Assembly: GCA_034780895.1 (NCBI GenBank)
Contig: JAUZTB010000107.1
Coordinates: 56,238,984 to 56,302,949, forward strand
Source: Rhynchobatus australiae
Lineage: Eukaryota
DNA length: 63,966 nucleotides
Direction of reading: 5' to 3'
Below the pieces are notes generated by a model that was not told the DNA's origin, did no database searches, and worked only from the letters and a program-made list of their open reading frames with translations. Positions 26,169-39,187 of this stretch are shown one piece after another. Positions within the stretch are counted from its first letter, which is position 1, and every line of letters starts with the position of its first letter. The translations under genes were made by a program, and so were the position numbers.

Positions 26169-26464
26169 GTAAAACAGATTTGCGGCTAAAATGAAGACTG
26201 GTGTTTGTACTTGTGAGGGGGAAGGAAGGTTGCACTCCCAAGGGGAGTGGAGCAATGGTTGTAACCTGGGGTGGGAGGGGGGGGAATGGGACTGGGGTTT
26301 GTAACCCCCATCCCCCCAGAGAGGAGAGGAGGGATGTGGCATGCCCGCCTGTAGAATTGTCACTCAATCCTAACCTAAAGCAGCATCTATATTTTGGCAA
26401 TGCAAATCCATGCTTTCTACACCTTTCCAAAATCTCTCCATCCAACCAAAATCTTGTGTTGCAG

Positions 26465-26590
26465 ATGAAGAGGGTGTCAGATATGTGCCCGTGCGCCCCA
26501 GGCCACCGGTTACGTTACTCCGACATTACAGGAACCCCTGGAAGGCAGCTTATCATCATTTCCAAAGATATAGCGATGTGAAAGTCAAAG
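26465..26590 (+). CDS. SAP130: SAP130 coding exon, conserved C-terminal domain (DEEGVRYVPVRPRPPVTLLRHYRNPWKAAYHHFQRYSDVKVK)
   Basis: gcag| and AAG|gtgaga; phase 1 to 1; almost identical to human. Confidence 0.97.
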
Positions 26591-26842
26591 GTGAGACTTT
26601 GTTTCCATTCCTGCTATATTAGGGATGAAGCTGGTGGCCAGTGAGTATTTTTAAACTGCTTCTAGTCAAAGTCACGAACCTTTTTAACCTGCAATGTTTC
26701 CTTGTGTTTAGAAACATCTCTTTAGTGTGCAACATGGCTTCAACCCAGGTAATCAATATTGGCTTTTTGATGTCTTTTCTACATAAAACAAGGGATATTA
26801 GAAATTGTATCAAAAAGCAGCTTCCAAATAAATTAGTCATAT

Positions 26843-29800
26843 AACACAGAAGCACACTGTGCAGGCCATCAATTACCTATCTACACTAATCCCATTTTCC
26901 AGCACTTGATCCATAGCCTTCTATCCTGTGGAATTCAAGTGCTCATCTACACACTAAAATATGATATTCTCTGCCTCCACCAGCCCCTCAGACATTGCGA
27001 TACAGGTATTAACCTCTCTCTGGGTGAAAAAATTCTTCCTCATATCCTTTTTTAAATCTCTTGTCCCTAACTCTAAACCTGTGCCCTGTGGTTTTAGGCA
27101 CCTCTGCTATGGGGAAATGTTTCTTGCTATGTACCCATATCTCTGCTCCTCATAATGTCATGTACCTTGATAAGGTCTCCCCTCAGTCTGCTCTTCTCCA
27201 AGGAAAAACAAACTCAGCTTATCCAGTCTCTCCTTGTGACTGAACCATTCCATCTGAGGCAATGTCATTATGAATCTCCTCTGCACGCTCTCCTGTGCTA
27301 TACTGTGGTGACCAGAACTGCACACAGTATTCTAGCTGTGGCCTAGCCAATATTTTGTAAAGTTTTAACATGATCTTCCTGCTCATGCATCCTGTGCCCC
27401 AACTAATGAAGGCAAGTATCCTGTATGCCCCCTTCACCATCCAGTCTACCTGTGCTGCCACCTTCGGGGATTCCTGGACTTGTACATCAAGGTCCATAGG
27501 TCCATCTGTTCCTTAATACTCCCTAATGCCCTGGCATTGATTCTGTCCTACCTTTATTAGTCCTGCTCCCACAGTGCATCACCCCACTCCTTGGAATTAG
27601 ATTCCATCTCCTATTACTCTGCCCATTTTTACCAACTGATCAATATTGTCCTGTGATCTAAAACTACCCACCTTGCTGTCAATGTCACCCAGTTTTCATG
27701 TCATCTGTGAACTTGATAATCATACCTCCTTTATTCACAATATAACAAACAGTAAAGATCCCAACACTGATACCTCTGGTACACCTCTAGTCATAGGCTT
27801 CCAGTCACAAAAACAACCCTCAACCTTCACCTCTGCCTCATATTATCAAGTGAATTTTGGGATCAATTTGCCAACTTGCCTTGGATCTCATGGGCTCTAA
27901 CCTTCAGGACCAGTCTCCCATGTCAAACAACGTATTGCAGTCCTTGTAGATTACATCAACTAGTCTGTTCTCATCAATACATTTTGTTAGCTCTCCAAAA
28001 AATCCAACCCAGTTGGTCAAACAGGATGTCCCTCTATCAAAGCCATGCTGGCTATCTTTGATTAATCACGGCTTTTCCAAGTGCGGATTAATGCTTTCTC
28101 ACAGAATTTTTTCCATAACTTGCCTGGCTCTGACATTGGACTTGCCACCATGTAATTATTTGGTTTGTCCCTGCAGCCCTCCTTGCATAAAGGTACTACT
28201 ATAAAAGTCCCCCAGTCATCTGGTACCTCACCTGTAGCAAGCAAAGTTTTAAAAATCTGACAGGGTCCCGGCTATCTCCTCTCATTTGTAGTCTGGGATG
28301 CATCCCATCAGGCACTAAGGAATAATTCACCTTTTAGGCCTGCTTAGACATCTAAAGCTCACAGTTTTTTTAAGAATAACATGTTGTAGAATTTCACTCC
28401 CCTCCTCTCTCCCCCCTGAATACTCCAACTACAATGTCCCTTTTTTTTGTCTGAATACGGATGAGAAGTAATTTAAGACCTCACCTACATTCTTTGGCTC
28501 CACATACAGATTGTCCCTTCAGTCCATAATGTGTCCTACTCTTCACCTGGTTACCCTCTTGCCTTTGACACACAGATACAATGCCTTGGGGCTTTCCTTA
28601 ATCTTGTCCACCAGTGATATTTTGTGCCCCTTTGTCGCCCTCTTTTTTTAAGTACCACCTACACTTTCTATACCCCTGAAGGGCCTCCCACTTTCAGTTC
28701 TCTATACCTGCTATATCCTTTTTTCTTAATTGGTCTTTCTATCTCTTGGCCTTCAGGCTGCCTTGGACTTGCTGTCCTTGCCTTTCACCCTTATGGGAAC
28801 ATGTTCTCCCAATACGTGCATGTAGACTTAACTGCATGTAACTGCTCCCATTCTTTTTTTGCTAGGTCCTGTCTTATGATGATAGAAATGGCCTTTCTCC
28901 AACTTCTGGTCCATCCCTCTCTCTTTGCAGAATTACTTTGAAACTTAGAGTTATGGTCACTATCTCCAAATTGCTTTACCACCAACACTTTAACCATGTG
29001 CCTCTAACATTAGATCTAGTGCACCCCTTCTCTAGTAAGACTGTACCGGCTCCAAAAGTTCTCCTAGATATACCTTAAAGATTCTGCCCCCTATAATCTT
29101 TCTACACTAAGGCAAGCCTTATTAATGATGGAGAAGTTGAAATTCTCTTCTTAATTAACCCTGTAATTCTTGATCTATAGTGATTTGCCTACATATCTGT
29201 CTGTCTGTCACCCAGTGACTCTTGGGTCAGCCAGTAAAGTGATGCACCTTTTTTCTTTCAAAGCTCTGCCCATATGACTTAGTTCGAAGAGTATTCTAGA
29301 ACATCCTTCCTCATTACTGCAGTAACGGACTCCTTAATCAATATTACAATGCACCTCTTGTTTCACATCACATCTGAAGATTCTATACCCTGAACCGTTG
29401 AGTTGCCAGGCCTACTCTTCTTTTAACCAAGTGTCTGTGAAAGCAACAATATCATATTCCTATGTGATAAACAATGCTCTCAATCCATTCTGCCTTGCTA
29501 GTCAGACCTCTTGCATTTCTCCCATGTGTCTTATCATGCCTATGTCTCCTCTGCCTACTCGACTTAGTTTTCCTTCTAGATTTGAATGTACTCCTCCACC
29601 AGCTGGACGTATACTTTACGTCCCACTCCCCTACCAAATTAGCTTAAACCCTCACCAGCAGCACTAGCGAACCTCCCTGAAAGGATGTTGGACCTGTTCT
29701 GGTTTAGTTGCAACTTGTCCAGCTTGTACAGGTCCTACTTTCCCAGATACGATCGCAATAATCCAGAAATCCGAAGCTCTCCCTCCTGCACCCTCTTCAC

Positions 29801-29900
29801 CTACACATTTCATCTAACAATTTCTATACTCAAAGCACAAGGCACCAGAAATAATACAAAGATTACAGCCTTAGAAGTTCTACTTTTTAATCTGCTACCT
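26843..29900 (-). mobile_element. Long (about 3 kb) decayed CR1 LINE spanning endonuclease, RT and 3' UTR
   Basis: ORF fragments NARGLTSK (EN), GDSDHN (EN), LATGEVPDDW...KEGCRDKPNNY (RT), LYKILARPQLEYCVQFWSP (C-terminus). Confidence 0.9.
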
Positions 29901-30749
29901 AAAATTGTTCCCAATAGAATTTGAGACTACTGGCATTTTGCAGTACATTACCTGTATTGTCACTCTGCCATCTCCAAACTAGACTGTATAAATGCTTATC
30001 ATTTTACCTCTACTGTTAGAATGTGAAGTTATTTCATATTATTGGTAATTATAAGATTTTTGTCAGTTGGCAATTGAGCAACAAGGGGTGGTATCACATA
30101 GTTACATAATTTACACTGTAATAGGAAGACGTGTGGCTATTTGCACAGAAAATCCACAAAACATCAAGATGTATGACTAGTTAGGTGTTTTTTGGTGACT
30201 CTAGTAGATGTTTACCAAAACAAGTGCACCTTAAATCCATTTAAACCACTGAAACATATGTTGGAACTTACCTTAATATTTCGTGCATGTGCTCCCTTTT
30301 CCACCATCATTGGTCAGGAGTTTCAGTTTAGGCTAGAAATCTTGGATTGTGACTTAAACACTCAACTTTCTACTAAAATTGCCACTTGAGTCAAGTTCAA
30401 TAAATGTGACAGAGCACTTCCAAAGTAATTTGTTGTTTGTGTAAGCTTTTGGAAAAAATGTAAGTTGCTATTTGAAAATCTTTCAATTTTACATTACTAA
30501 CTTGGAAAGCAATATTGCTTTAATTCTAGGTTTTGAGAGATCTTTTGATTGAAGTTTGGATGGTGCACAGGCCTAGACTGTTCCCTTTCACTCAAGGGTT
30601 CTTGGATTTGAATCCACCCTTCACTGATCAAATGTAATTTTCTTACGTCTGTAAAAGGAAGTAAAATCTCTTGTAACCTTTTGGTTAGTTGATTTGTTCC
30701 TCATTGCACAGTAATCCTGGACTGATGCCTCCTCTCTCTTTAATTGTAG

Positions 30750-30853
30750 AGGAGAAAAAGCCCACACTACAGGAGATAGCCAATCAGAAAGGAATTGTCT
30801 GCAAGGCTCAGGGTTGGAAAGTACATCTCTGTGCTGCGCAACTCATGCAGTTG
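30750..30853 (+). CDS. SAP130: SAP130 coding exon (EEKKPTLQEIANQKGIVCKAQGWKVHLCAAQLMQL)
   Basis: ORF 30689; gtag| and TTG|gtaagt; phase 1 to 0; matches human LQEIANQKGVSCRAQGWKVHLCAAQLLQL. Confidence 0.97.
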
Positions 30854-32509
30854 GTAAGTGAGATGAAGACTAAGTGTTGGTGCATATTGCGAGGAGTTAT
30901 ATATATGCCACTAGGTGTCTTTGGTCCAATTTTACAGTCATTGGTTAAGTATGATGTCTGTCTTTCACAGAAATTTTCAAAAAAATGGCGTCATTTATTG
31001 CCAAAATACCAGTAGCAATCTCCACCCGTGTCTTATGAAGCAGGTGTTGTGACTATCCATGAAGATGTTTTCTATCACGAGAAGTTCTCGTATTTTCCTA
31101 TTTGTACAACATGCAAGGTCATTTGGCTCATCGAGCCCATGCTATCTTTCAAAGCAGCCTCATTTGTTCCATTCCCCTGTAACTTTCTCACTTGTGCTCG
31201 ATGCATCTATCCTTAAGAATGTCAGAACAGAAATCTGGAAATTGTTTTGTGTTTCCTGAAAAAGATTTTTCTAACAAGCAATGTGCACATCCTATTAAAC
31301 TGACCTTTTAAATAAATTGAGATGTGATTCTGCAGGAAGTTTAAAAAAATTTAGAAAATTGAGTGATTTTGTTAACTAGCATTGAAGATTTAGTAAATAA
31401 GGGGCTGGAAATTCACTTGCATAATTTGGAGGCGATCTACTGTCAGGTCAATTTCCAAGTGTTTTCCTTGTTCACTTAACCCCACCCCTAACTGCTTGAT
31501 TCAGATTTTGTTAATGCCCCCAGTCCCATTACTACCCACCATCCCTGTGCCTGATCCCTACGTCTCTTCCCCTGTTGTTGTCCAGTCTTTCCTAACAACC
31601 CCCTTCTCCTGTGATACACAGCCTATCTGATTAGCTGTGCTACATTCTCCATGCTAAAGGCAAATTTTCTGTGTACGCTCTCATATGCAGGGCCTATTCA
31701 TTTGCTCCCATTGCCTTGGTGTACATATGCAATGGAATATCGCTGCTTGGAGGATTTGTATGAAATTGCTGCAAACCCCCTCACATCTACACTTTAAGCA
31801 TTTCCTGGCACCAATGAATTTCTACGCCCTGGTATTTACTCCTCTGAGATGTTTTGGTGTGACTTGTTATCAGAATAAGACTGACATCACTATGACTGTA
31901 GGGATGGTGCTGAGTTTGATTTCATGCTGGAAACACATTCTGAGTATTCTAGTATACTCGATACCAAATAGAGAAGTCATGCTGAAATACATTTGAAACT
32001 GAGTGCTAGCTGAACATAGCTGTAATGGTACTGGATACCCTATACATCATTATCTTCGGGAAGCTCTGGTGCATTGTTCATGCTGACCTCTGAGTCAGTG
32101 GTGTCAGCAAAAGCCAAATTCTACTTGCTTTGTGATGTTAGATGCCTGACTGATGATTACATGAAATCATTTATAGTTGAGATCACAAACCAATCTATAA
32201 AATGTGTGGCAGCAGTTTGCGTATAAGTTCTCGATCTGTGGTGGCGTATGATGGTCGCTCAGGTAATGGAAATGTTCCCTTAAAGAATTCACAAATCGCT
32301 ACCCTAAAAGTTGAGGGTAGCCTACTACTCTAAAATTTTCTCTGGCGGAATTTATGTGGAACAGAAATAAAGTAAATCAGCAATTTTTTTCATCTAGTAT
32401 TTCTTGATGCATACAACGAACAGCGATTATACTGCTTTACATTATGGTCCAAACTCCTGCCCCAGCCCATAATGCATACCTGTTTTTAATTGATTTTAAA
32501 CTAACAAAT

Positions 32510-32990
32510 GAGTTGGAAGCAGGATGAGGCCATTTAACCCCTTAAACAGCATTGCCATTCAATTAGATCATGGCTGATTTGATTGAACCTCAACTCACAT
32601 TCCTGACTGTACCTGGTAACCTTTCATCTTCTTACTCATCAAGAATCTATCTACCTTTGCCTTTAAAAATGCAAAGACAAATTCTACTGCCCTTTGAGGA
32701 AGAGTTCCAAAGACTCGCTGCCCTCCAAGAAAATAAATTTCACTTCATCTTTGTGATAATTGGCTAATATTTTTAAACAGTGACCCACAAGATGAAATGA
32801 CCTCTCCAATTCATCCTGTCAAAACCCCTCAGGATGTAGTAAGTGTCAATCAAGTTGCCTTTCACTTTTGCGCTCCAGCAGATATTGGCCTGGTCTGTCC
32901 AACCTTTCCACTTAAGACAACCTGCCCATTTGTGATATTAGTCCATTAAACCTCTGAATGACTTCCAATGCATTAACATTCTTTGTGAAC
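32510..32990 (-). mobile_element. CR1 3' fragment
   Basis: ggaagcaggatgaggccatttaacccc...gccattcaattagatcatggctgat tail. Confidence 0.7.
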
Positions 32991-33007
32991 AGTATCATTA
33001 TTTAACA

Positions 33008-33230
33008 GAGACACGAGGTTCTGCAGGTGCTGGCATCTGGAGCCACACACCCAAAATGCTGGAGGAACTCAGTGAGTCAGGCAGCATCTATGGAGGGAAA
33101 TAAACAGTCGATGTTTTGGGTCGAGACACGTCATCAGGACTGGAAAGGAAGAGGGCAGAAGGCCCTGATGAAGGGTTCCAACCTGAAATGTTGGCTCTTT
33201 ATTTCCCTCCATAGATGCTGCCTGACCTTC
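33008..33230. mobile_element. Palindromic Penelope pseudo-LTR-derived element (inverted pair)
   Basis: tgctggaggaactcag...gcagcatctatggaggg and its inverse ccctccatagatgctgcctgacc; similar copies at about 4360-4520, 19234-19380, 37495-37570 and 63855-63966. Confidence 0.75.
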
Positions 33231-35234
33231 ATGTGTCGATCGTTATGTAACGGTACTCCAGGTGTGTTCTTAACAGTGCCCTTTATAACATCCTGTCTAC
33301 ATTTGTATTAATTTCCCCTTTGCAATATGATTACTTTTACCAATACACCAACGTCCCTCCTATCTCGGTGCTTTGTAACTTCTCACCATTTAGATGTACT
33401 TTATTTTCCCTGCCACCTGTTGGGGGTGGAACTGTGGTGCAGCAGTTAGTGCTGCTGCCTCACATCAACTTGGGTTTGGTGCTGACCTTTGATGCTGTCT
33501 GTGTGGAGTTTGCACATTACAGTGTCACAGAGTTGTACTGCACAGAAGTAGTCCTTCCAGCCCACCCTCTATGCCCAAGTATCCTAACCCCACCTACCAG
33601 CTTTCTATGCCTTGGTGATTCAAATGTTCATTGACATTTGTTGTGAGAGTCTCTGCTTCCACCACCTATTTGGCCAGTGGTTCCAGATCCCAACCAACTT
33701 CTGGGTGAGGGGGAAGTTTCTTCCTCAGATCCCCTCTAAACCTCCTACTCCTTAAACCTTTGCCCTCTAGTTTTGGACAGCTGTGAGGAAAAGTGTCCAC
33801 TATCTTTCCTATCTGCCCATCCTCTCTATTAGACCCTGTCCCCTGGCTTCCTTTGCTCCAGTGTCCACCCACATCACAATGTTTGCTGGTAGGTTAATCA
33901 GCTGTTATAAATTTTGCCACCTACCTACATTAAGGGCAAGAATCAATTGGGAGTTGATGGGTAGAGGAGGGAAAATAAGTTGCAGGACCACAGGGAACCG
34001 ATGAGAAGGGAAATGGAACTGATGGCATTGCCATGCTGGGAGTTGTCATGGGACCAATGGATTGAATGTTCACCTCTTATGTCTTAATGGGAAAAAAAAT
34101 GGACAATGTCACATTTTTTCACATGATATTCCACTGGCCAGATCATTCCCCACTCACTTAACCCATCTATATCCCTTTGCAGCCTCATGGCCTCTTCGCA
34201 GTGAACTTTCCCACCTCCTTTGTCATTGGGAAATCTAGCAACCGTAACTTTGGTGCCTTCATCCAAGTCATTTATAGTGATGATGGAAGTTTGGAAAGTA
34301 AAGTGTACAATACTAATTCCAGATAGCAAAGAGAGCAGTAGCACAAAAGGAACCATTGCATAATACTCAAAGTTTACTTAAATCAATCAGTATGGGATAA
34401 GAGAGACACTAGAGAAAGATGAAGATTCAGAGCAATGGCAGGAGTGACCTTGAGCCCATGAGCAGGAAGTAGAGGGTGATTCAGGAGCAATGGAATGGAC
34501 AGTTTCAATCTTAGTGTCATGATCAAAGGTGACAGAGGAAGGTCGCAGAAGCTGGTACCTTTGCTCTCTGTGATCCTGAAGTAAATGATAATTTTTGTCA
34601 AAGGAGGGGGAAGACTGTTGGTGGGCGTGTCTCCATGTATTGGCTATGCTTGTCCTTGGTGATGGAGGCTACGGCTTTGGGAGGTACTGTGGTCTCTGAA
34701 ATAACTGCTGTGCAGTTTGTAGATGGTGCTCACTGCATCCACAGTGGTTAAGGTGTGAACATTCAGGGTGGTGGATTCATCCTGATTACTGTTTGACTTT
34801 TGCAGTGTTGAAGCTGCATTAATCCAGACAAGTGAAAAATATTCCATCACACTCCTAACATACCTGCTTAGATGGTGAGAAGGAAGACCCATGCATAACT
34901 GGTCCAGCTGAGTTTCTGCTTGGTGGTGACTCATAAAATGGCAGTTTTATGCTGTTAAATACCAAAGGCTTTTTGGGAAAGACCTTAGCGTTTGTTGGTT
35001 GAATGCTACTTGCCACTTCAAGCCTTTGATTGAATTTTGACAAGGTCTTGGTCATGCAGGCATGGGCTCCATTTCCTGAGGAGATGTGAATACAATTGAA
35101 TGTTATCTGGTCAGTGAATGTCCCCACTTAACAGAAGAAAAATCAGTGGGATGTTTCTTTCCACATTAAAGGCACTATAGAATTATCTGTTGATTTACTT
35201 TCAAGGCTTGTGCCTTAATCATGGAGTTAAGAGT

Positions 35235-35520
35235 TATGGAACATAGAACATTACAGCACAGTACAGGACCTTCGGCTCATGATGTTGTGCTGACATTTTA
35301 TCCTGCTCTTAAAATCTATCTAACCCTTCCCTCCTACATAGCCCTCCATTTTTCTATCATTCATATGGCTATCTGAGCCTCTTAAATATCTCTAATATAT
35401 CTGCTCCCACAACCTCTGCTGGCAGTGCATTCCATGCACCCATCACTGTGTAAAAAAAAACTTGCCTCTGACAACTCTTTATAACGTCTGCCAATCACCT
35501 TAAAATTATGCCCCTAGTTA
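35235..35520 (-). mobile_element. CR1 3' fragment
   Basis: gaacatagaacattacagcacagtacagg...ggcagtgcattccatgcacccatcact. Confidence 0.75.
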
Positions 35521-35738
35521 TACCAGAGGGTTCCTAGAATTCATAGTGCTTAAGAAATAGGGTGGGGCGAGGGCAGGAAATTGAAACCAAAACAAATTCG
35601 GTTCATTTGTCTGCTAACTGGTTATCTTAATGTTCAAGTATTTACTCATTGCAAATTACTAGGAAACATTTTGAAATTTGAGCTCAGTCCTTCACACTTT
35701 TCTGTTTCTTTCCCTAAAACCTTAACTGAACTCTACAG

Positions 35739-35852
35739 ACTAGCTTGGAACATGACGTGTACAACAGATTGGCTTCATTACAGGAAGGGCTGATTCCAAA
35801 GAAGAAAGCAGCTGCAGATGATGACATGCATCGAATCAATGAACTGATCCAG
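35739..35852 (+). CDS. SAP130: SAP130 penultimate exon (TSLEHDVYNRLASLQEGLIPKKKAAADDDMHRINELIQ)
   Basis: tacag| and CAG|gtatgt; phase 0 to 0; matches human TNLEHDVYERLTNLQEGIIPKKKAATDDDLHRINELIQ. Confidence 0.97.
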
Positions 35853-36269
35853 GTATGTGGATGTCCTGTATAAGCAGACAGTGGAGGTGGCATCTCAGCT
35901 ATGTGTTGCTGGGAACAAGCTAAGTACTGAGCCATAATATGTACAAGACCACATCACTTTCTAGTTTCTCTCCAGTTGGTGAGTGAGAATGAGGACTAGA
36001 ATCATGCAAGTTGCTGGCAAGGGAAGAATTTAAATATGTTATTGCAACTGACTGGAGAGCCAGATGTATTTTATTGGAACTGTCTAATTGTAGACAAAGT
36101 CTCCAGATCTGGGATGAATTGGTTGATCTCCCTGTGGTAAAGCATTTGCAAGGTAGGATAATGGACACCAGCAAGGAACCCTACATCTGGGACTTTGTAG
36201 AAGTGAATGAGAATTGTATTTCACTGTGATTACTTCCTGCCCAAGCTAATACATAGGGAATTCTATAAT

Positions 36270-36630
36270 ACTGCTGCTACCCACAATGGTCAAACACTTT
36301 GGCTTGTAATCCAGTGGTTTGGATTGATGGTCCACAGGCAGATGTTCAAATCCTGTCGTGGCAGCTGGAAAACTTAAATGCAATTAATTAATTCTAGAAT
36401 TAAGTAGCTGGAATTGCTAATGGTAAATGCACAAAAAAAAGGCATAGCATGGCTGTTTGAAAACCTAACTGGTTCACTACATCCTTTAGGGAAGGAAATC
36501 TGCCGTCCTCACTTGGCCTGGTCTGTCCTTGGCCCATGAGAATGTGATTGATTCTTAACCATCCTCTGAAGTGGCCAAGCAAACCAAGGCAATGATTTAC
36601 TGTCCTTGCTGATGTTGCCTACATCCCACA
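36270..36630 (+). mobile_element. Chondrichthyan tRNA-derived SINE
   Basis: gttcaaatcc B-box; ctggttcactacatcctttagggaaggaaatctgccgtcc core; gccttgctgatgttgcctacatccc-type tail; related copies at about 7480-7660 and 13890-14200. Confidence 0.65.
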
Positions 36631-36770
36631 AATGTTCAAGTATTTACTCATTGCAAATTACTAGGAAACATTTTGAAATTTGAGCTCAGTCCTTCACACT
36701 TTTCTGTTTCTTTCCCTAAATCCTTAACTGAACTCTACAGACTAGCTTGGAACATGACGTGTACAACAGA
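36631..36770 (+). repeat. 140-bp direct duplicate of 35629-35768 (intron end, acceptor and first 30 nt of the SAP130 penultimate exon)
   Basis: Direct comparison: identical except one A/T difference (35719 vs 36721); offset 1002 bp. Confidence 0.95.
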
Positions 36771-37589
36771 ATGTAGAACAATGTAGTGTACGACAATGTA
36801 GTGGCTGAGTGTGGCAACTAGTTTTAATGACATGGTGGCAAGTTACAAATCGGAATTAAGATTATTTGAGGGAAGAAAAGGGAAATTGCTACAGTTAACT
36901 TCTTCAAAAAAACTTTGGCATCAGATTTTTTGTCAAAACTAAACTGATTCACTGATGTCCTTTAGGGAAAGTGGCTGTTTTCCCCATCTGGCCTATACTA
37001 GATTGCAGTGTTTATCGCCTTTCCTCAGCCATAGCCTAGTGCGATGCTCTGATATGTCAGACCACTAAAGGAGACCTATCTGCAACTTCAAAATGAACAT
37101 TAAATTTTGGGCACCAGGATGAAAAAATATTGAGGGGCTTGTGCCAGGTAGTTGGATAGAATGGAGCAGGGATGTTGCGGTTGGTGGATGAGTATACGTG
37201 CATTCATTCCAGTTCGGGTAAAAGACTGTAACTTTAATAAGATAGTCTTGCACTGTGAACTGGATGCCCTATGGTCCCAAATTTGACAACAGATAATGCT
37301 TCCAATGTATTTTTTTAAAGAAAAGGCAAAATCAAAGTGTGCATTAATTATTATTGCATCTACTATGTACAATTAGTATAAAATGGTGTGTATTCTGGAA
37401 AGGTTCCACTGGATTACAGAGAAAAATTTGGGAGATACAGGCCATTGTGCCAAACATGATTATCCTTTGAATTTTTTTAAAGAAGAGTAAATATGAAACA
37501 AAGCAAAATGATGGAAACGCTCAGCAGGTCAGGCAGCATCTGTAGAAGGAGAAACAGAGTTAATATTTGAGGAGCGAATCAAAAGGCAT

Positions 37590-38410
37590 TCAGTGAGGTG
37601 CCACATAAAAGGTGGCACAAGATGTTGTTGAGGGCAGCACATTGGCAAAGAGAGAGGACTAGCCAGCTGTACTGGTGGGTGCCTGAGGCGGCATAGCTGG
37701 GGCCTCACTACCTATGATTTGAATTGCGGGACTTAAGTGCAGTTTGTCCAAGTATACTAATGACTCAGAAGTGGAAAAGTAAACAAACAGTAAGGTTGAA
37801 TATAGACATGGGCAAAAATACAGCAGATAGAGTAGTAGGGAAATGTATGTACTTTGGGAAGAATAAAAAACAATATTATTTAAATTACATATGAGTGTTC
37901 AGAAACTCATGAAGGAACACAAAAATGGGATGCAAGTAATTAAAGAGACATGCTAGAAGAAAAAGGTTGACTTTTGATGCAAAGTGCTGAGGCATGAACT
38001 CTACTACAGCCATGTGGGGCTTGAGATATCACATCTAGGTAACTTGATTCCTGAGAATTGTTTTATGAAGAACAGATTGAGAATCTAGAAGAATGAGAGG
38101 TTGAGATGGTTTAAAATTTTGAGAAGGTTCTTCAGAGGGTATACTGTGAAGATGTTTCACAGTAGGAGACTATAAAATCTTGGGATAAAAATATTGATGA
38201 GGTATTTCTTACATTTGCAAATCTTTGAAGTTCACTATTCCTAGATGGATGTGGATGCAGTTGTTAAAGATATTCATGGCTGAGATGGAAGCACAAAACA
38301 TACAGGAGAACTGAGGGTTAAGGGGACTAGGTCAAAGATCAGAACCGCTCTGACCTTATCGAATAGAAGAAGGAGCTTGAGGCAGTACAGCGTACTATTG
38401 TTATTTTGTT
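37590..38410 (+). mobile_element. Highly decayed CR1 fragment
   Basis: aaggcattcagtgaggtgccacata (KAFDKVPH-like), tccaagtatactaatgac (SKFADD-like), 3' tail. Confidence 0.6.
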
Positions 38411-39028
38411 TTTAAGTCCTGTATTTATGGTAGTGCACAACATTTTAGTGGGGAGGGACAGAAGGACAATTTGAAATACTTCAGAGGCCCATTCATGAGG
38501 CAATTACCATGGTTAGTTAAGAGAATTTAATTTTTAAATATATGTACAGCTTTACAGATTAAATTGAAGTTTAATTATGCAATAGAATCCCAACTGTTTC
38601 TCGGCTGCTTTCTCTCCCAGCTGTCTCTTCCACTGACCACTTCCAACTTTCTGACAGCCTCTCTCTCCTTTTTGTTTTGAAGCACTTGAGTCAGAAGAAA
38701 CAAATAAGTGAACGATCTAAAACTAATGATAGAGCGGGGCACTAGGACCTTTGTGGAACCCACAGAGCAGACCATGTGTGCCGCAGTGTCACGGTACCGG
38801 AGCCTCTTCCCGATTGGACTATTCAAATAAAACTGTTGCCCCTGACCAATCAACGTGGGAACATTAACCCGTCTAGCATTAGGACCCTACAGAAGCACAG
38901 CGCCCAAAGCAGCCAATGAGTGAGAGCAGGCTGGTTTGGCCAGTCCCGAGTCAGCTGTGAGCCGTTTGGTGTCGGTGAAACAACTAATTTCTCACTTGTA
39001 ACACTATTCTGTGTTGCTCTATTCGCAG

Positions 39029-39187
39029 GGGAACATGCAGCGCTGCAAACTGGTTATAGACCAGATCACCGAGGCCAAAGATACCATGATGAAGGTTCTG
39101 GATCACAAGGATCGAGTTCTAAAACTCCTCAACAAAAACGGCACCGTCAAGAAGGTGTCCAAATTAAAGAGAAAAGAAAAGTCCTAA
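39029..39187 (+). CDS. SAP130: SAP130 terminal coding exon (GNMQRCKLVIDQITEAKDTMMKVLDHKDRVLKLLNKNGTVKKVSKLKRKEKS*)
   Basis: cgcag| acceptor, phase 0, TAA at 39185-39187; matches the human C-terminus. Confidence 0.97.
   Translation, partial: GNMQRCKLVIDQITEAKDTMMKVLDHKDRVLKLLNKNGTVKKVSKLKRKEKS

Noticed and set aside
25852-26445. 197-aa minus-strand ORF
   Set aside because: It is the antisense shadow of a SAP130 exon with no independent coding signal.
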